From NCBI GenBank assembly GCA_043228905.1, contig JBHGNT010000007.1:21266001-21330000 (forward strand): a DNA stretch of 64,000 nucleotides. Reading direction: 5' to 3'. A program made the translations under genes and the position numbers. Source of the DNA: Azolla caroliniana. Taxonomy: Eukaryota > Plantae > Polypodiophyta. How positions within the stretch are numbered: position 1 is the first letter of the stretch; each line of letters opens with the position of its first letter. A model generated the notes under the pieces. The model did not search any database, was not told the origin of the DNA, and worked only from the letters and a program-made list of their open reading frames with translations. Shown one piece after another: positions 26,501-39,799 of the stretch.

Positions 26501-28946
26501 GTGAATTCTCGCCGAATTCCTTCCTTTCGGAGATACGCCGTGAAATTGTCTGAGAAGTACTCCTTGCCGCCATCCAATCGAAGACAACGTACATGTCGGC
26601 CCGTGGCTTTCTCGACTTCATTCTTGAATTTTTGGAAGTGTCCGAAAACTTCGCTCTTTTGCCACATCGGGTAGATCCGAAAACACGTAATATCGGCATC
26701 CACCGAATGTAGCCGTCTGCGCCGGTCCCCATACGTCGGAATGGACTACGTCGAGTAGACCTTTTCTCACATTCCACTCTTTCGGGAATGGGTGTCGGTG
26801 TTGCTTGCCGAATTGGCACACTTCGCATACACCTTCAATCTCCTTCTCTTTGAATGTCGGGAGTCCGATGACGACTCTTTTCGATTTCATTGCTTTGAGT
26901 TTGTTGAGATTGATGTAGCCGATTCACTTGTGCCACAACTCTATGTCAGAGTCGGCTTTCATGCCATTTGCGAACATGGCGGATTTCATCTCGTGTGAGT
27001 CGAGAATGAACATTCGGCCCTCTCTTCGTCCACGTGCAATGAGTCGGCCCTCTTTTTCGATGAAGCAACCACCTTGATTAAATTGAACTTGCATCCCTTG
27101 CTCTACAATTTGGCCGACAGAGACCAAATTCTTCGTAATGGTCGGTACATGCAAGACATTTTTAATGTAAATTTGCTTACCTTCTTTTATGAACGGAACA
27201 TTGCCGATGTGCCGAATCGGGTGCGTAGTGTCATCTCCGGTTTTGACATAACCAGGTCGCTCCGGCTCTCGAAGTTCGAGAAACCATTCTTTATGAGATG
27301 TCATATGTTTTGAGGCTCCGGAGTCAACAAACCATACCTCCTCCGGATTGAGGGCACTAGTTGAGGTAGAGGCTGACATAGAGTTTGCTCTATGTTTCAT
27401 CATGAACATTCCACCACGGTTGGAGTTGTATGCATACATTCCGCCACGATCCTCGTAGTCGGAGTTGTGCCCGTACATTCCGCTATACTCTTCGTAGTTG
27501 GAATTGTGCGTGTAATTCGTGAGTTGTAGGCTTGTGGAAGCGGATTCATGCATCTTCTTTCGGCACTCTTCTTCGCGGTGGCCGAGCTTTCCGTAATATC
27601 CGCATTCGGTTGTGTTTTGATGGCTCGGGCCAGAGTGGAAGCTCCCCCTTCTTGCAAAGGTTCCTCGTTCGCTTCCATTTTGAGGCCGAAATTGGGAGTT
27701 GTTATCGTAGGTCGGACCTCGTCCGCCTTGTCTTTGGCCGAATCAGCCTCTCGACCGTCCGCGTCCTCTTCCTCCGTTCGAGTGCATGTAGAGCATGTGG
27801 CCTTCCGACTCATTGTTCCTTGTATGCATGTGGTTTTCTTTGACCAATAACATTGATTGGAGCTCGAAGAAGGAGGGAGATTTCTCCCGTGGTAGAACGG
27901 CGGTTCGCATCGCGCCGAACCGTGGTGCGAGGCCGCCGAGGCATATTTGAACCATCTCATCATCATCGATATTTATGCTTATTGAGCTGAGCGAATCACA
28001 AAGCTCCTCGATCTTCGAGGTGTATGTCGTGATGGACATGTCCGTTTGTTGAATGTTGTTCAACTCTTGGCGGAGTTGAAGCCTTCTTGCGGTTGTGTTC
28101 GGCGCGAAAATCTTTCGTAGATTTTCCCATGCCTCCTTCGGCGTCTTGGATTTGCGAATGTAGCCGAGCATGTGATCATGAACACATGTCGCCAAGGAAT
28201 ACATCACGTGTCTTGTGGCTTGCTCCCATGTCGCATATCCGGGAGCCGCTTTGGCGGCTCGGTCTTCATGCGCTCCTTTGATGTAGCTCCAATAGCCTTG
28301 TCCGACAAGGTATTGGTGCATCTTGTACTCCTAAGATGCGAAGTTGTTTCGATCCAACTTCTCGGTAGGGAGAGCGCTCCCCATTTGAGTATTCATTATG
28401 TCGATTCTTCTTCTTCTTCTTCTTCTCTCTTCGAATGCGAGCTATGTAGTGAAGCTACGATAGCGATGAGCTAGTTCTTGGTCGTCGGCGTAGAGCACAA
28501 CACACGATGACGATGAGGCGAATGGGCCAGATCGAGCTACTAAATCACTCTGATACCATGTAAAGAATCGGGTAGGATTCTTGTGTAGCGGAATAGGTGT
28601 GAACTGTGGGTGTGTATGAGAGAGAGAGAGAGAGACATAGACAAGGAGTAAGACACAGAGTATACGCAAGTTAGATTATATTAACAAAGGAGAAAGACTC
28701 AACATCATACAAGGTGGGAGGAGGGTGCTTTATATAGTCACCCTCTCTCTTCATTAACTACAAGACTCATGGAGCATGGGGAATGTGAAAGCTCATAAGT
28801 TATGTGTCATAGAATATGATTCTATGACTCATACTAAATGCTAGAATACAAAGAGGTGACATAATGGTGACTCTTGACCGTTGGAGTGTCTATTCACTCT
28901 CAAGGTGAGTTCACACATTAGACCAAGTTGAGCTCTATTCTCAACA
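23419..28946 (-). mobile_element. Full-length (mutated) Ty1/copia LTR retrotransposon
   Basis: LTRs 28559-28946 and 23419-23830 (TG...CA; about 9 substitutions plus GA-repeat length difference). TSD GAGGT (23414-18 and 28947-51). PBS tggtatcagag at 28548-28558. PPT next to 23831. Confidence 0.97.
24097..28400 (-). pseudogene. copia gag-pol polyprotein with stops and frameshifts
   Basis: gag (27743-28321), protease WFVDSGAS, integrase, RT LYVDDL and RNase H (24097-24660). Confidence 0.95.
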
Positions 28947-31055
28947 GAGGTTTTCGACTAAGGAGTCCCTTTGCGCCTTGCTGCGTCAGTGCAACTTGCG
29001 GCGTTTCTTGGCGGGGCTCATGTCGGAGAGTTTCTTCTTGGAGTCGTTTCTATTGCTCCTCGGATAACTGGCTGCTATCATTTTGTGGTTGTCTAGGTCT
29101 TCTCCCGGTGGTCCTGTCACGGGCTAGCCATTCTGAGTTTCGGTTTTTCCACCAGGGCAAATGACTTAGGTTTTTCGCTCCCCATTATGGTGATATTGTG
29201 TTTTGGCTCCTGGGCCCTAGTATCAGTGGTCGGTCGTGGTGCGGTGTCGTGCCTTTCGGCTCCGGATCGTTACGTGAGTTGGGTGGGAACCACTGAGATT
29301 TTGGACTAAGAGAAAAGAAAATTCTAAGGCAATTAAGAATATGAAATATATTGTAAGAAAGAAAGATATGAAAAAAACTCGTGAATCCCACGAGTATAGT
29401 GTATCAATGAGTACTCAGATTAAGAGAGAAAAATAGTTAGCAAATTCGTGAATCCCACGAATATATTATATTAATCAACCCCTATAAAATAATCAACAAC
29501 CTTATACATATTTCTCTCCTCATATAAGGATGGGAGAGGCTAAGCATGGCTTCCTACTTTCCCTAAAAGTGTTAATGCACACTAAATGTGCATGTGATGC
29601 TTTTTTTCAACCTTGCTTTTATTTGCTAAATATAGTGCTCATGCACGCTAGATGTGCATGAGTAATATTTTATTGGTTTACATTTTTTTTATAAATAAAG
29701 TATTCACGTACTCTAAAATGCATGACTTACCTTTTTAATAAAGGTAGGCATAAGTAAAGGTGTTATAGGTATTAAATCTATAATTAGAGCACTAAGGATA
29801 AGTTAGTACAATGGTAAGGTTGGGGTTTGTCTATGTGGAGGTATAGGGTTCAAATCTTGCCCTATGCATGTAATAAGTACTTTTTTAATATTTTATTTTA
29901 TTTATTATACGTACTTTAAATCGGATATAGTATTTTACATATTTCACGTAGTGTGTGATTCACACTACGACAGTGGTGGGAGTTTGGACATGCATATCAT
30001 CCTGTCATTCTTCCTGAGCTAACTGTAAAGGTCGTTGTCGTTTCGTTTGGGTGGGCTGGGCAGGGCTGGGCAGGGCAGGGCTGGGCGGGGCGGGGAGGGT
30101 GAAGGTTCGGCGGGGTGCAGTAGTGGATTGGGGGGGAAGGGGGGTAAAGCACCGATAAGTAGTGTGCTAAGGCAGACAAGCATCGTTTTCCTGCCTGGAA
30201 TGCTGACAAGCTGGTGCGAACTCCTTCTCCTATGATAATTCCCCAATCGAGTACACTGCCTCTGTAAGCGGTGATGATTATTCCTGCCTTCTTTTGTGGC
30301 ATGTTGTACGCGTTAGCGTGCACGTAGTCGAACTCCAAAAGAAATATGCCGAGATCGCCAAAGAACTTGTTAGGGCCACCTTGTCTACGATATTCCTTTG
30401 CTGACACCGAGTACTCCCTGAAATAAGCTTCGAGGACGTTTTGAGGCGAAGCGTCAATGTCATGTTCTCTGCCTCACTTAAGGCCTACCATCGAGTGTAT
30501 TTGGTCATTGGTTATGGTGTTGGGGTGTACCCATCATCCGATTTCCTGAGCGTCGGGATTAGTGGGTACGGGTGCGTCCACCACTCTCAGATAACCCCTA
30601 GACCGCGCCTATTCAACTAGGTGCGCAACTCCATGGAAACTTCCAGTGACATGTTTGGCTCAGGAGATGAAGAGTAAGAATAGGTTTGAGAGTAGTGAGG
30701 CGGAGAGTGAGAGGGCTTCTGAGTAGGGGGTGCGAGAACGAGAGAGCAAGAGAGCTTGAAGGCTATATGTGTGTATGAGTGTTGTGCATGTGGTTCCCTG
30801 CTTTATATATTTGTCTTGGTTCTTGAGACGTAGTCTTGTGCCCTAGATTCAGAATCTTCCTTGCCATAATAAGGTTTAAAGACCATGCGTCGAAAGCCAT
30901 TTGTACTCTCTTTTCTTGTATGTCGTGCATGCTCCTTAACTACTTAACTTAGTGGGTCTCTTTTTTTTTTTTCCACATAGTATACAATTTCGGGTAGGTC
31001 AGGTAGTTATCGTGATCGGGGCGACTGGCCCCCGTGATCCTCCATTTTACCTACC

Positions 31056-34000
31056 GTGGTCTGGTCGTTGCCGTATTGCTTATTTGCGAAAGGGTTCGGT
31101 GGGGTATGGCTAAGATATGGTTTTAACCAGAACCCATTGACTCATTTTGGCATGATGTCACTAGCTAATGTCCCGAGCGGGAACGTCCCATTGAAATCGT
31201 CAACAATCCAGAAAGGACCTGTCCATTGGAAATGGAGCTTCCCTAGCATCGATTTGAGCCGAGTTTGAAAAACTAGGACAGGTTTACCAATTTGGAATGA
31301 TTTCTTGGAGCCCTTTTGATGGCAGTCGATGAAGGCTTTTCGTTTCCATTGGCCATGTTCTAATTGGGTCAAGCTATCGATTCGATGTTCTCCGAGTTCA
31401 AGTAATTGTTCGAGTCGGTTCTACTCTGACTCGGATTCAGGAATTCATTCGGAGATTTTTACTCATTGAGTCAATACCTGGAATTCAATAGGCATGACAA
31501 CTTCCAGGACGAAACCCAGACGAAAAGGTGTGGACTTGATACTTGTTTTGAACGTCGTATGATATGCCCAGAGTGCACTATGTAGCTTATCATCCCAATC
31601 GGTTCGATTTTCGTTTACGATCTTCTTCACGATATTCTTGAGTGTTTTATTTGTCAGCTCAGCCAGGCCATTGCCTTGCAGGTAGTACGACGTGCTTTTC
31701 TTATGGATCATCATGTAGTGGCCCCCTTGGTCGCTGACGAGCTCGATTGGGCAGCGAAAACAACACCATAAGTATTCGGAAATGAATTTTGTTCTTGACA
31801 TAGCCGTATTGACCTGAAACACCTTGGCTCCGACCCACTTATTGCAATAGTCCGTCGCAACTATGATATATTGATTGCCTGTGCGGGTCGCAACCGGTTT
31901 GAATGGCCCAACGAAGTCCAGACCCCACTTCTGGAACAGCTCTAGCAAAAGAATCAGCTGGTGAGGCATTGAGGCTTGCTCAGTGGGTTGGCCCATATGT
32001 TAGCATAAATCACATTGAAGGCAAAATTCGTGGGCATCTTTTTGCGTTGTTGGCCACCATAAGCCACTCTACCAAAATTTCTGAGCCATGGCATCTCCAA
32101 CATAGTGCCCTTCGGCTATCCCATAATGAGCTTCTCATAGGATAGCATCCTTTTCGAACTGTCACACACAGCGACGCCAGATGTTGTCCGAGCCGTTGTG
32201 GTAGAGTGTGTCGGCAAGAAGGCAAAAATTTCGGCTTCTGACCATTAATTGCTTCTTTCCATCCAGGGGTAAGTGTTCAGATGGAAGTCCCGTGCTGAGG
32301 AAATGAATCATGTCTTCTATCCACCCATCCTCGGGGATGACACATTGTGTGGTGGGGTCGATACAGAAAATGTCAGCGTCGGGAATATCGTCGTACGTGG
32401 TTTCGACTAGTTCCCCTAATTCGAGCCGAATAAGATAGTCCGCAACCACATGCTATACCCTTGGCTGATGGTGTATGTCGAATTCGAATTCCTATAGAAG
32501 TAACATCCATCGTGCCAGTCGTCCAGTTAGTGCTTGCTTTGTGACTAAATATAGTAGGGCCGATTGATCGACGTGGAACGTAAAGTTTTGGCTGAGCAGA
32601 TAGTGCCGAAACTTTGTTATGTTTTATATCATTCCGAGACCTGCTCGTTCCATTGTCGAATAGTTCTTTTCAGCAGCCGAAAGTCATCTGCTAGTGTAGT
32701 ACACTAGCTTATACCAGTTTGGGGGCGTCATTTAGCATGCTTTAGATAGCCACATCGGAAGCGTCAACAAACACATGGAATGGTTGTGACCAATCGGGGG
32801 GTTGCACAACTGGTGCATGCAATAACATAAACTTGAGAGCCTTATAAGCTACTTCATCCGTTTCCGTCCATCGGAAAGGTACTCGATGCACCGCTACGTA
32901 TAGTGATGTCGCAAACTCGGCCAAATAACACAACATTCGACTATGCCATCTAATTTTTCCAAAGAATCGGTTGAGGGCCTTCGCTGTGGTAGGGCACGGG
33001 GTGCTCAAGATGGCTTGAACCTTGTCGGGGTTCATAGAGATCCTTCGTGGCTGACAATATGCCCTAGCAGAGCGCCACTAGAGACATAAAATGCGCATTT
33101 CGCGGGGATCAGACTGAGCCGAGCTTGTCGACAACGTTCGAGACAGATGCATAATTGGGCAAGATGCTCTATTTGTCGAACGTAAACTGCAAAATCATCG
33201 AGGAACACTTGCATGAATGCCGGAATGTAGTCGCCGAAAATTTCGACAATGATACATTGGAATGTGGCCAGTGCAGTGTTTAATCTGAATATCATCACGA
33301 CTACGACGAACACGCCCCATTCTGTTATGACGGTTGTTTTTTCTTGGTCATCAGGGTACATGTGGATCTGATTGTACTCGCTGAACCCATCCAAGAAGCT
33401 ATATCACTCATGTCCAAACACTGTATCGAGCACACCATTGGTAAACGGAAGAGGAAAAGCATCGGTGACGGTCGTTGCGTTCAGCTTCCTATAATCGACG
33501 CAGACCCTTATTTTTCCATTTTCCTTTGGAGCGACCACGATGGGACTTACCCACGTGGCACGTTTCACTGGTCGAATGAACCCCACCCGAAGGAGCTTGT
33601 CGATTTCTTCTTTCACTTTTGCCGCATAATTATGATTCATTCTATAACGACATTGTTGTCTGGGTCGTGCATCGTGCTTTAGATGGATCTGGTGCTGATA
33701 GTAGGTCCGGTGTAACCCTTTCATGTTGTTGTATGACCATGCAAAGATGTCCTTATATTCTATGAGCAAACCAACCAATGCCAAGCGTTCATCAGAAGCC
33801 ATCTCTTTTGCTATTTTTAGTGTTCTCGGATTCGTGGTGGTACCGAGATTAATCTCTTCTAGGGTGGACGCTTGCACTCGTTGAGATATGGCTAGTTCTC
33901 GTTCGAGTGGTTCGCGTGCATATTGTAATTCTTTGATCGATTTCGGATCGGGTTCTCAGTCGATCTCTTGCTCTTCCCCAGCCGCCTCGGAAACATAAGG

Positions 34001-34500
34001 GCCAATGACTGTTACGATGTCGATGTCGAACAGCGAAACAATTTGTGGGTGATCCTCTAGGAAGTGGTCGACCTCCTCCTCGGCTAGTCCATCGAGCTTG
34101 TGAACACCTTCCGCATATAGGGGAGTGGTATCCTTTGGCCCATGGATTTGCTCCTCCATGACAACACGTACCTTAGTTTTCCCTCGTCGGATTGAGATCA
34201 TATTGCACTGCCATTGTTGCTTAATGTTGGCCATGCGTAACCAAGGACGGCCGAGCAGCATCGGGTAGGTGTTAGGAGCATCCAGCCATAACAATACGCT
34301 TGAGATCATGAAGGTGTCACCTCTGAGAATAAAATTGAGGTGTCAGATTAAAGTTACCCATTTGTTAGACGGATCATGTATCCGCCATACAGAACCAAAA
34401 TGGGCATGGTTCCCATTGGGTAATGCCGGGGTCTTGGCAAGTAGCCTCATTGATAACATTGACCCCCGATCCCCCATCGATAATACAACCGTGAACATCT
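31056..34500 (-). pseudogene. gypsy pol (protease, RT, RNase H, integrase), fragmented
   Basis: ORF fragments 33956-34309, 33404-33877, 33032-33394, 32742-33035, 32162-32449, 31463-31996 and 31142-31372 carry the canonical motifs. Confidence 0.92.
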
Positions 34501-35409
34501 CGCCTGTTAATAATGATTTGTACAGCCGGGTTCTCGGATTCCGTTAGTGGTGGTCCTGCACCTAGCTCGGCAAGGTTCGCATGATAACATCATATCCTTG
34601 AATCGTGGGAGTAATTGCATGAGCTTATTTAGGGGCATTGATATCAGAGAGTAGGTCAGTGCTTGCCAAGTGGGATCATCGACGAGTGAATATGTAGGTT
34701 TTGAGTGAGCTGACGCGCCAATGGTTATATCTGGTATTCATGTGGTCGACGTTAATGCTATTAGCTTTCTCGATCCGTTCCTTCGTGGGTTGCCAGATTT
34801 CATCCTGGCCTTCCCATTGCTTGTGTTGGGCCTTGCTTCTTGTTGTGACTTGTCGTTTATTAGGTTTCTCGATCCATTCCTTCGTGGGTTGCTGAACTCG
34901 ATCCTGGGCTTCCCATTGCATGTGCTGGACCTTGCTTCTTGTTGTGACCTGTTGGACTTCGGTCGTTATGATATTAATAGCGGGACCTTTGCCGCGATCA
35001 TTGATCAGATACTGTGGCATAATGCCCTGCTTGATTACAGTTAAAACACGTGACCGACGCCGAATTGCTTGATTCCCCTGGCTTGAATTGAAGTGTTTGA
35101 TACGATCAGGGGTGTTCTTCTCTAGGCGGCACGGTGTACTGTTGTGCTCGATGGGAATCCTCCTGAGGCTTAGTGTGGGAAGCAGTCGACGATGTTCTGG
35201 ACGTTGTAGGTACCGACATCGATTATCTTGAGGTTGCTGATTATTTCCTGATTGCCAATGACCTCGATTTATGTTGGGGAGGGCGCTGATTGTGCCTTTG
35301 GTTGGAACGATGTCTTGGCTCGTAATCGTCGTTCCGATCGTATCAGTAGTAGTCATCCATAGGCCGATAATGGTCCTCCCTATGCCAATAACGATCTCAC
35401 TCAGGGTCG

Positions 35410-37798
35410 GAGAGAAAGGTCGGATGTTCATCCACGACTCTCACGAGATGAACTCGGCAATGTATGCCAAGAGCTAGAGAGCCGACGCCGATATAGAGTT
35501 GTGGCACAAGCAAATTGGTCACATCAACCTCCAAAAGCTCAGAGGAATACAGTTGAAAGGAGTCGTCTTCAGACTTCCGATCTTCACCGAAAAAGAAATT
35601 GCAGGCGTGTGCAAATCTTCTCAATTCGGCAAACAACACCGACAACCGTTCCCAAAGGAGAGGAACACAAGCAAAGGGATCCTCGATGTAATACATTCAG
35701 ATGTATGGGGGCCATCCCAGACGACAACATTTGGTGGTTGCTGGTACTATGTAACGTTCATCGATAACTTCTCTAGAAACACCTAGATCTACCATATGTG
35801 GTAGAAAAGAAAAGTGTTCGGACACTTCCAAAGGTTCAAAAACGAAGTCGAAAAGGCAACCGGTCGGCATGTTTGATGCCTTCGATTGGACGACAGTAAG
35901 TCGGAGAAATGCATACTCGTAGGGTAGTCACTTGAGCAAAAAGGGTATAAGTGCTTCAACGCTTCCACCAAGAAGGTACGAGTGAGTAGGAATGTAGTAT
36001 TCGACGAGTCAACATCCGGGTATACAGTTGAATCAGCCACATCCGGCACAATCGAAATAGAGTTCGAGACCGAAGTGGAGGAGAATGGAGGCCCACATCA
36101 GAGAAAAGTCCGACCTCAACCAGGTTGAGTGGACCACAACAGCCTCCAAGCGACCAAAGCACGTCGTGGCTGAGTCCGAAACAAGACAAAGGAAAGGCCA
36201 AAATGTCTGAGTATGAAGACTCAGTTGGAAATGAATCAACTCACTTACCCGATAGTGAGTTTGGTGGATTGGATGTGCCCATCATGAGAACACTAGGAGA
36301 ACCACATTGATCCACCCGAGAAAAGAACGTAGTTAGCCGATTCGGCTACAACGACTACATGGCGTATCATTATGCATCCATGATGAAGGTGTCAACAGTC
36401 CGAGAACCAGAAAACTATTCCGAAGCCGTGAAGGACCCTAGATGGGTCGAAGCGATGAATGACGAGATGCAAGCACTCTCCAAGAACGAGACATGGAATC
36501 TCGTCCCTTCTTCAAACCACCAAAAGGCAATTGGATGTTGGTGGATCTTCAAGATAAAGCACAACACCGACATCACTATCCATCAGTACAAGGCCCGACT
36601 TGGGGCGAAGGGCTACACGCAGACACACGGTGTCGACTACAAAGAGATCTTTGCCCCGTGGCAAAGATGACTACAATTCGAACTGTGATTTCACTTGCAG
36701 CAACAAAAGGGTGGCATGTCCACCAAATGGACGCAAAGAACACCTTTCTACAAGGCGAGTTAGACGAAGAGGTGTACATGGTACAACCACCCGGATTCAT
36801 GTCTACCGACTCAAAAAGCCTCTCTACAGCCTCAAGCGGGCACCAAGAGGATGCCATTCGAAGATAACGCAATATCTTCGTCAAATCGGCATCAAGATGT
36901 CCAAGTCCGATAACTCTCTGTTCATTCGGAGTGACTCTAGAGGAGAGGTATTTATCATCATTTATGTGGATGACTTGGTCATAGGAGGAGAGCATTTAAC
37001 AGATATTGAGCACATCAAGAAGCTCCTCTCCAGCCGATTCGAAATGACCGATATGAAGGAGCTCCATTACTTTCTAGAATAGAAGTAATTCGGACTCCAG
37101 ACGACATCACGCTTTCTCAGAAGCACTATATCCTCAATCTTCTTTACAAGTTTGGGATGACATAGTGTAAGCCTATCAGTACTCTTCTCAATCGAAATCT
37201 AAAGCTAGATGCCAACTCAGGCACTAGAGAGTGTGAGCCGATGCACTATCGTCAACTAGTCGGAAGCCTGATTTACCTCACAATTACCTGACCCGACCTG
37301 AGTTACCCGGTCGGCCTTCTTAGCCAGTTCATGCAAACTCCACGAGACATCCATCTCGATTGTGCTAAGTGAGTGCTAAGGTATGTGAGTGGAACCATGG
37401 ATTTCAGCATCCTTTACATATCGGCCACACCAATACGACTCGAAGGTTATACCGATGCCACGATCAACATCCGTATTTGATTTTTCTGTTGACATGGTGC
37501 CATATCGTGGAGTAGTAAGAAACAACCGACAGTCGCATTATCGAGCACCGAAGCTGAATATAGAGGCGTGGTTGTAGCCGCACGTGAAGTTGTTTGGCTC
37601 AAGAGAATCTTGAAGGATCTGGACGTTCACATCAAGGATCCAATTCTCCTCTACTGTGACAACATGAACAGTATCCACCTCGCTTGGAACCCAGTCTTCC
37701 ATGCTCGGACTAAGCACATCGAAATGCACTATCACTTCATCCGAGAGTGTGTTTTGGTCGGGGATGTCGACCTACAACACCTCAGCACAAACTTGTAG
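35410..37798 (+). mobile_element. Internal fragment of a Ty1/copia element (integrase-RT-RNase H) with deletions
   Basis: WHKQIGH, HSDVWGP, YKARL, IYVDDLVI and ARTKHIE motifs. No LTRs retained. Confidence 0.9.
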
Positions 37799-37977
37799 AT
37801 TATGGAAATGTTAAACCTATAGTCCATCGAGTTCCCGTTGAAAATGTTAAACCCCGATTATGTAAGCAAAAGTTGAATAAAACAAAATAGAATCTTTAAG
37901 GAATCTTTTTGGAATCTAAAATGTTGGGTTAGAAAACATACATGACAATTTTCTTTCCCTTGTTCATGTTGATGTCA

Positions 37978-38104
37978 GAGATGATGACTTGACCAGGGAG
38001 GCTAAAACTCGACAATTTTGGTTGCTAGCATCGAGTTCCTTTCAGATGATGACTTGACCAGGGAGGCTAAAACTCGACAATTTTGGTTGCTAGCATCGAG
38101 TTCC
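37978..38104 (+). repeat. ~66-bp direct duplication containing the atcgagttcc half-site
   Basis: agatgatgacttgaccagggaggctaaaactcgacaattttggttgctagcatcgagttcc occurs twice. Confidence 0.8.
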
Positions 38105-39799
38105 CTTTGAAAGGGTACCCTTTCAACGGGATTATGAATTCCATGCATCGAGTTCCTGTTGAAAACTGGGCTTTTAATGATCAATAGATCATATTTGGTC
38201 AATTTTTTTGCTATTTTTTGGTCTATTTCTTCAAGTTTTTTATGTAACATTCTATACAAAAATGTATGATTCTCGCTAATTTTTACCTTAGTTTAGAGGT
38301 CTATATTGTTTATTATTAAGATTATTGTTATATCCTTGTGTCATGACTTGTTGTTTTCAATGAGCCACGATAGAAGGTGCCATCCTTCAAACTAAAAATT
38401 CCATCACCAACAAAAAGACTTGACACCATGATGAAAGTTGATTCTCACAAAACATTTATTGAGTCAAGAGGTGACGATACTTCAAAGTCTTTTGTCAGTA
38501 ACACGATGAAGACTTTAGGCGAAAAGAGTGGGGAGCTTTGCCTGAAGAGCTACCCCCAAGTGGAGTGGACACTAATCTACACCGAGGAAGAAGGGGACCT
38601 CCTTATTCTTGCAAAGTCTGAATGTGAAGGCAAGTTGCAGGTGGGAAAGACATTCACCTATGGCGACGTACGAAACATCGAATATGAAGATAATGACTCA
38701 TCGAACCTCTTCTTCGATGTTGATAGCTCGGTGGGGGTTCGCAGAGTCAAGATCGACGAACGTAATTTCATACTAACTCCTACCACCCTAAAGCCCTAAA
38801 ACAGGATGTTCAGACAAAAAACAACTTGATTGTTGCTTTGCGCCTATACATTAAGGGAGAGCTGATGGTCACGCAAGCAACAACCCCACCAAAGTCTGCC
38901 AAGAAGTCCATACTAGAACATAAGAAGTACAAGAAAAGGCAACAACCAGAAGAGGACGAGCCGGAGGTCCTCGAGTTCATAGCAGATGAGGAGGAAGAAG
39001 CCGAGCTCAAAGTTATTCCTCCAGGGGGCCACATTTCATCAGGGATACTCACCTCAGAGTAGAACTGGATCAGAGAAAATATTGTAAAGACGAAGCTTGT
39101 CCGTAAAGGACAATTATTTCACTTATCAATCTACTCTATTCAACGGCCACCCATCAATCCGAAGACAGAAAGACAAGCTCTAGAAATAAGAGAGCCACAT
39201 TCAGCGCATGTGCAGAACTTAAAAAGAAAAATGTAGATTAATCCACATGCGATTGTAGTGCCATTCTTAGTAATGGTCGACCCAGATCAATGCCCTATTG
39301 TTGCTGACTTCAAGTATAGTTCGGCAGATGACTACACATACTATGTGATTGGAGGATCCCACTCTGCTGAAGCCCGACGTCAATTGGTCAAGGAGTATCC
39401 TCTTACCCCTTTCTTCAAGTATGCAGAATGTAAAGTGTATGCAGGCCTTACACATAAAGAAGCCAAGTTATTAGCTTGGGATCATAACAACGATAATGAC
39501 TATAGACAAAAGATGTCATGTATTGAGCGCATCAGGTTCTTCCATCACGAGCACCTTGATGCGCTGCAAAAATTTGGTCCTCGGCTACATCCTGGATTGC
39601 GACGAGCTTGATGTGGGGATAACAGTTGACGAAAGCACCAAGTCTGAAGGCCTAAGAAAATATGACTCATGGTTTCAACTAGCCTTTAGAACATGGGAGG
39701 TGTGGGACCTCCACGATCGCATTTTTAGTATGTGGGAGCATAAAGAAATAAAGGGTCAAAGATCAAAGAAGGCTAAGCTAGACCCACAGGTGGAGATGA

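Larger units (their letters stand above)
22993..35405 (-). mobile_element. Decayed Ty3/gypsy (non-chromovirus-like) element hosting the nested copia; boundaries approximate
   Basis: Minus-strand PR-RT-RH-IN order: LLGRPWL, SPIVVAPK/RVCVDYRKLN, FLDDF, VDASD, WGLDFVGP, WTGPF. Sequence is continuous across the copia TSD GAGGT. LTRs not identified. Confidence 0.75.
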
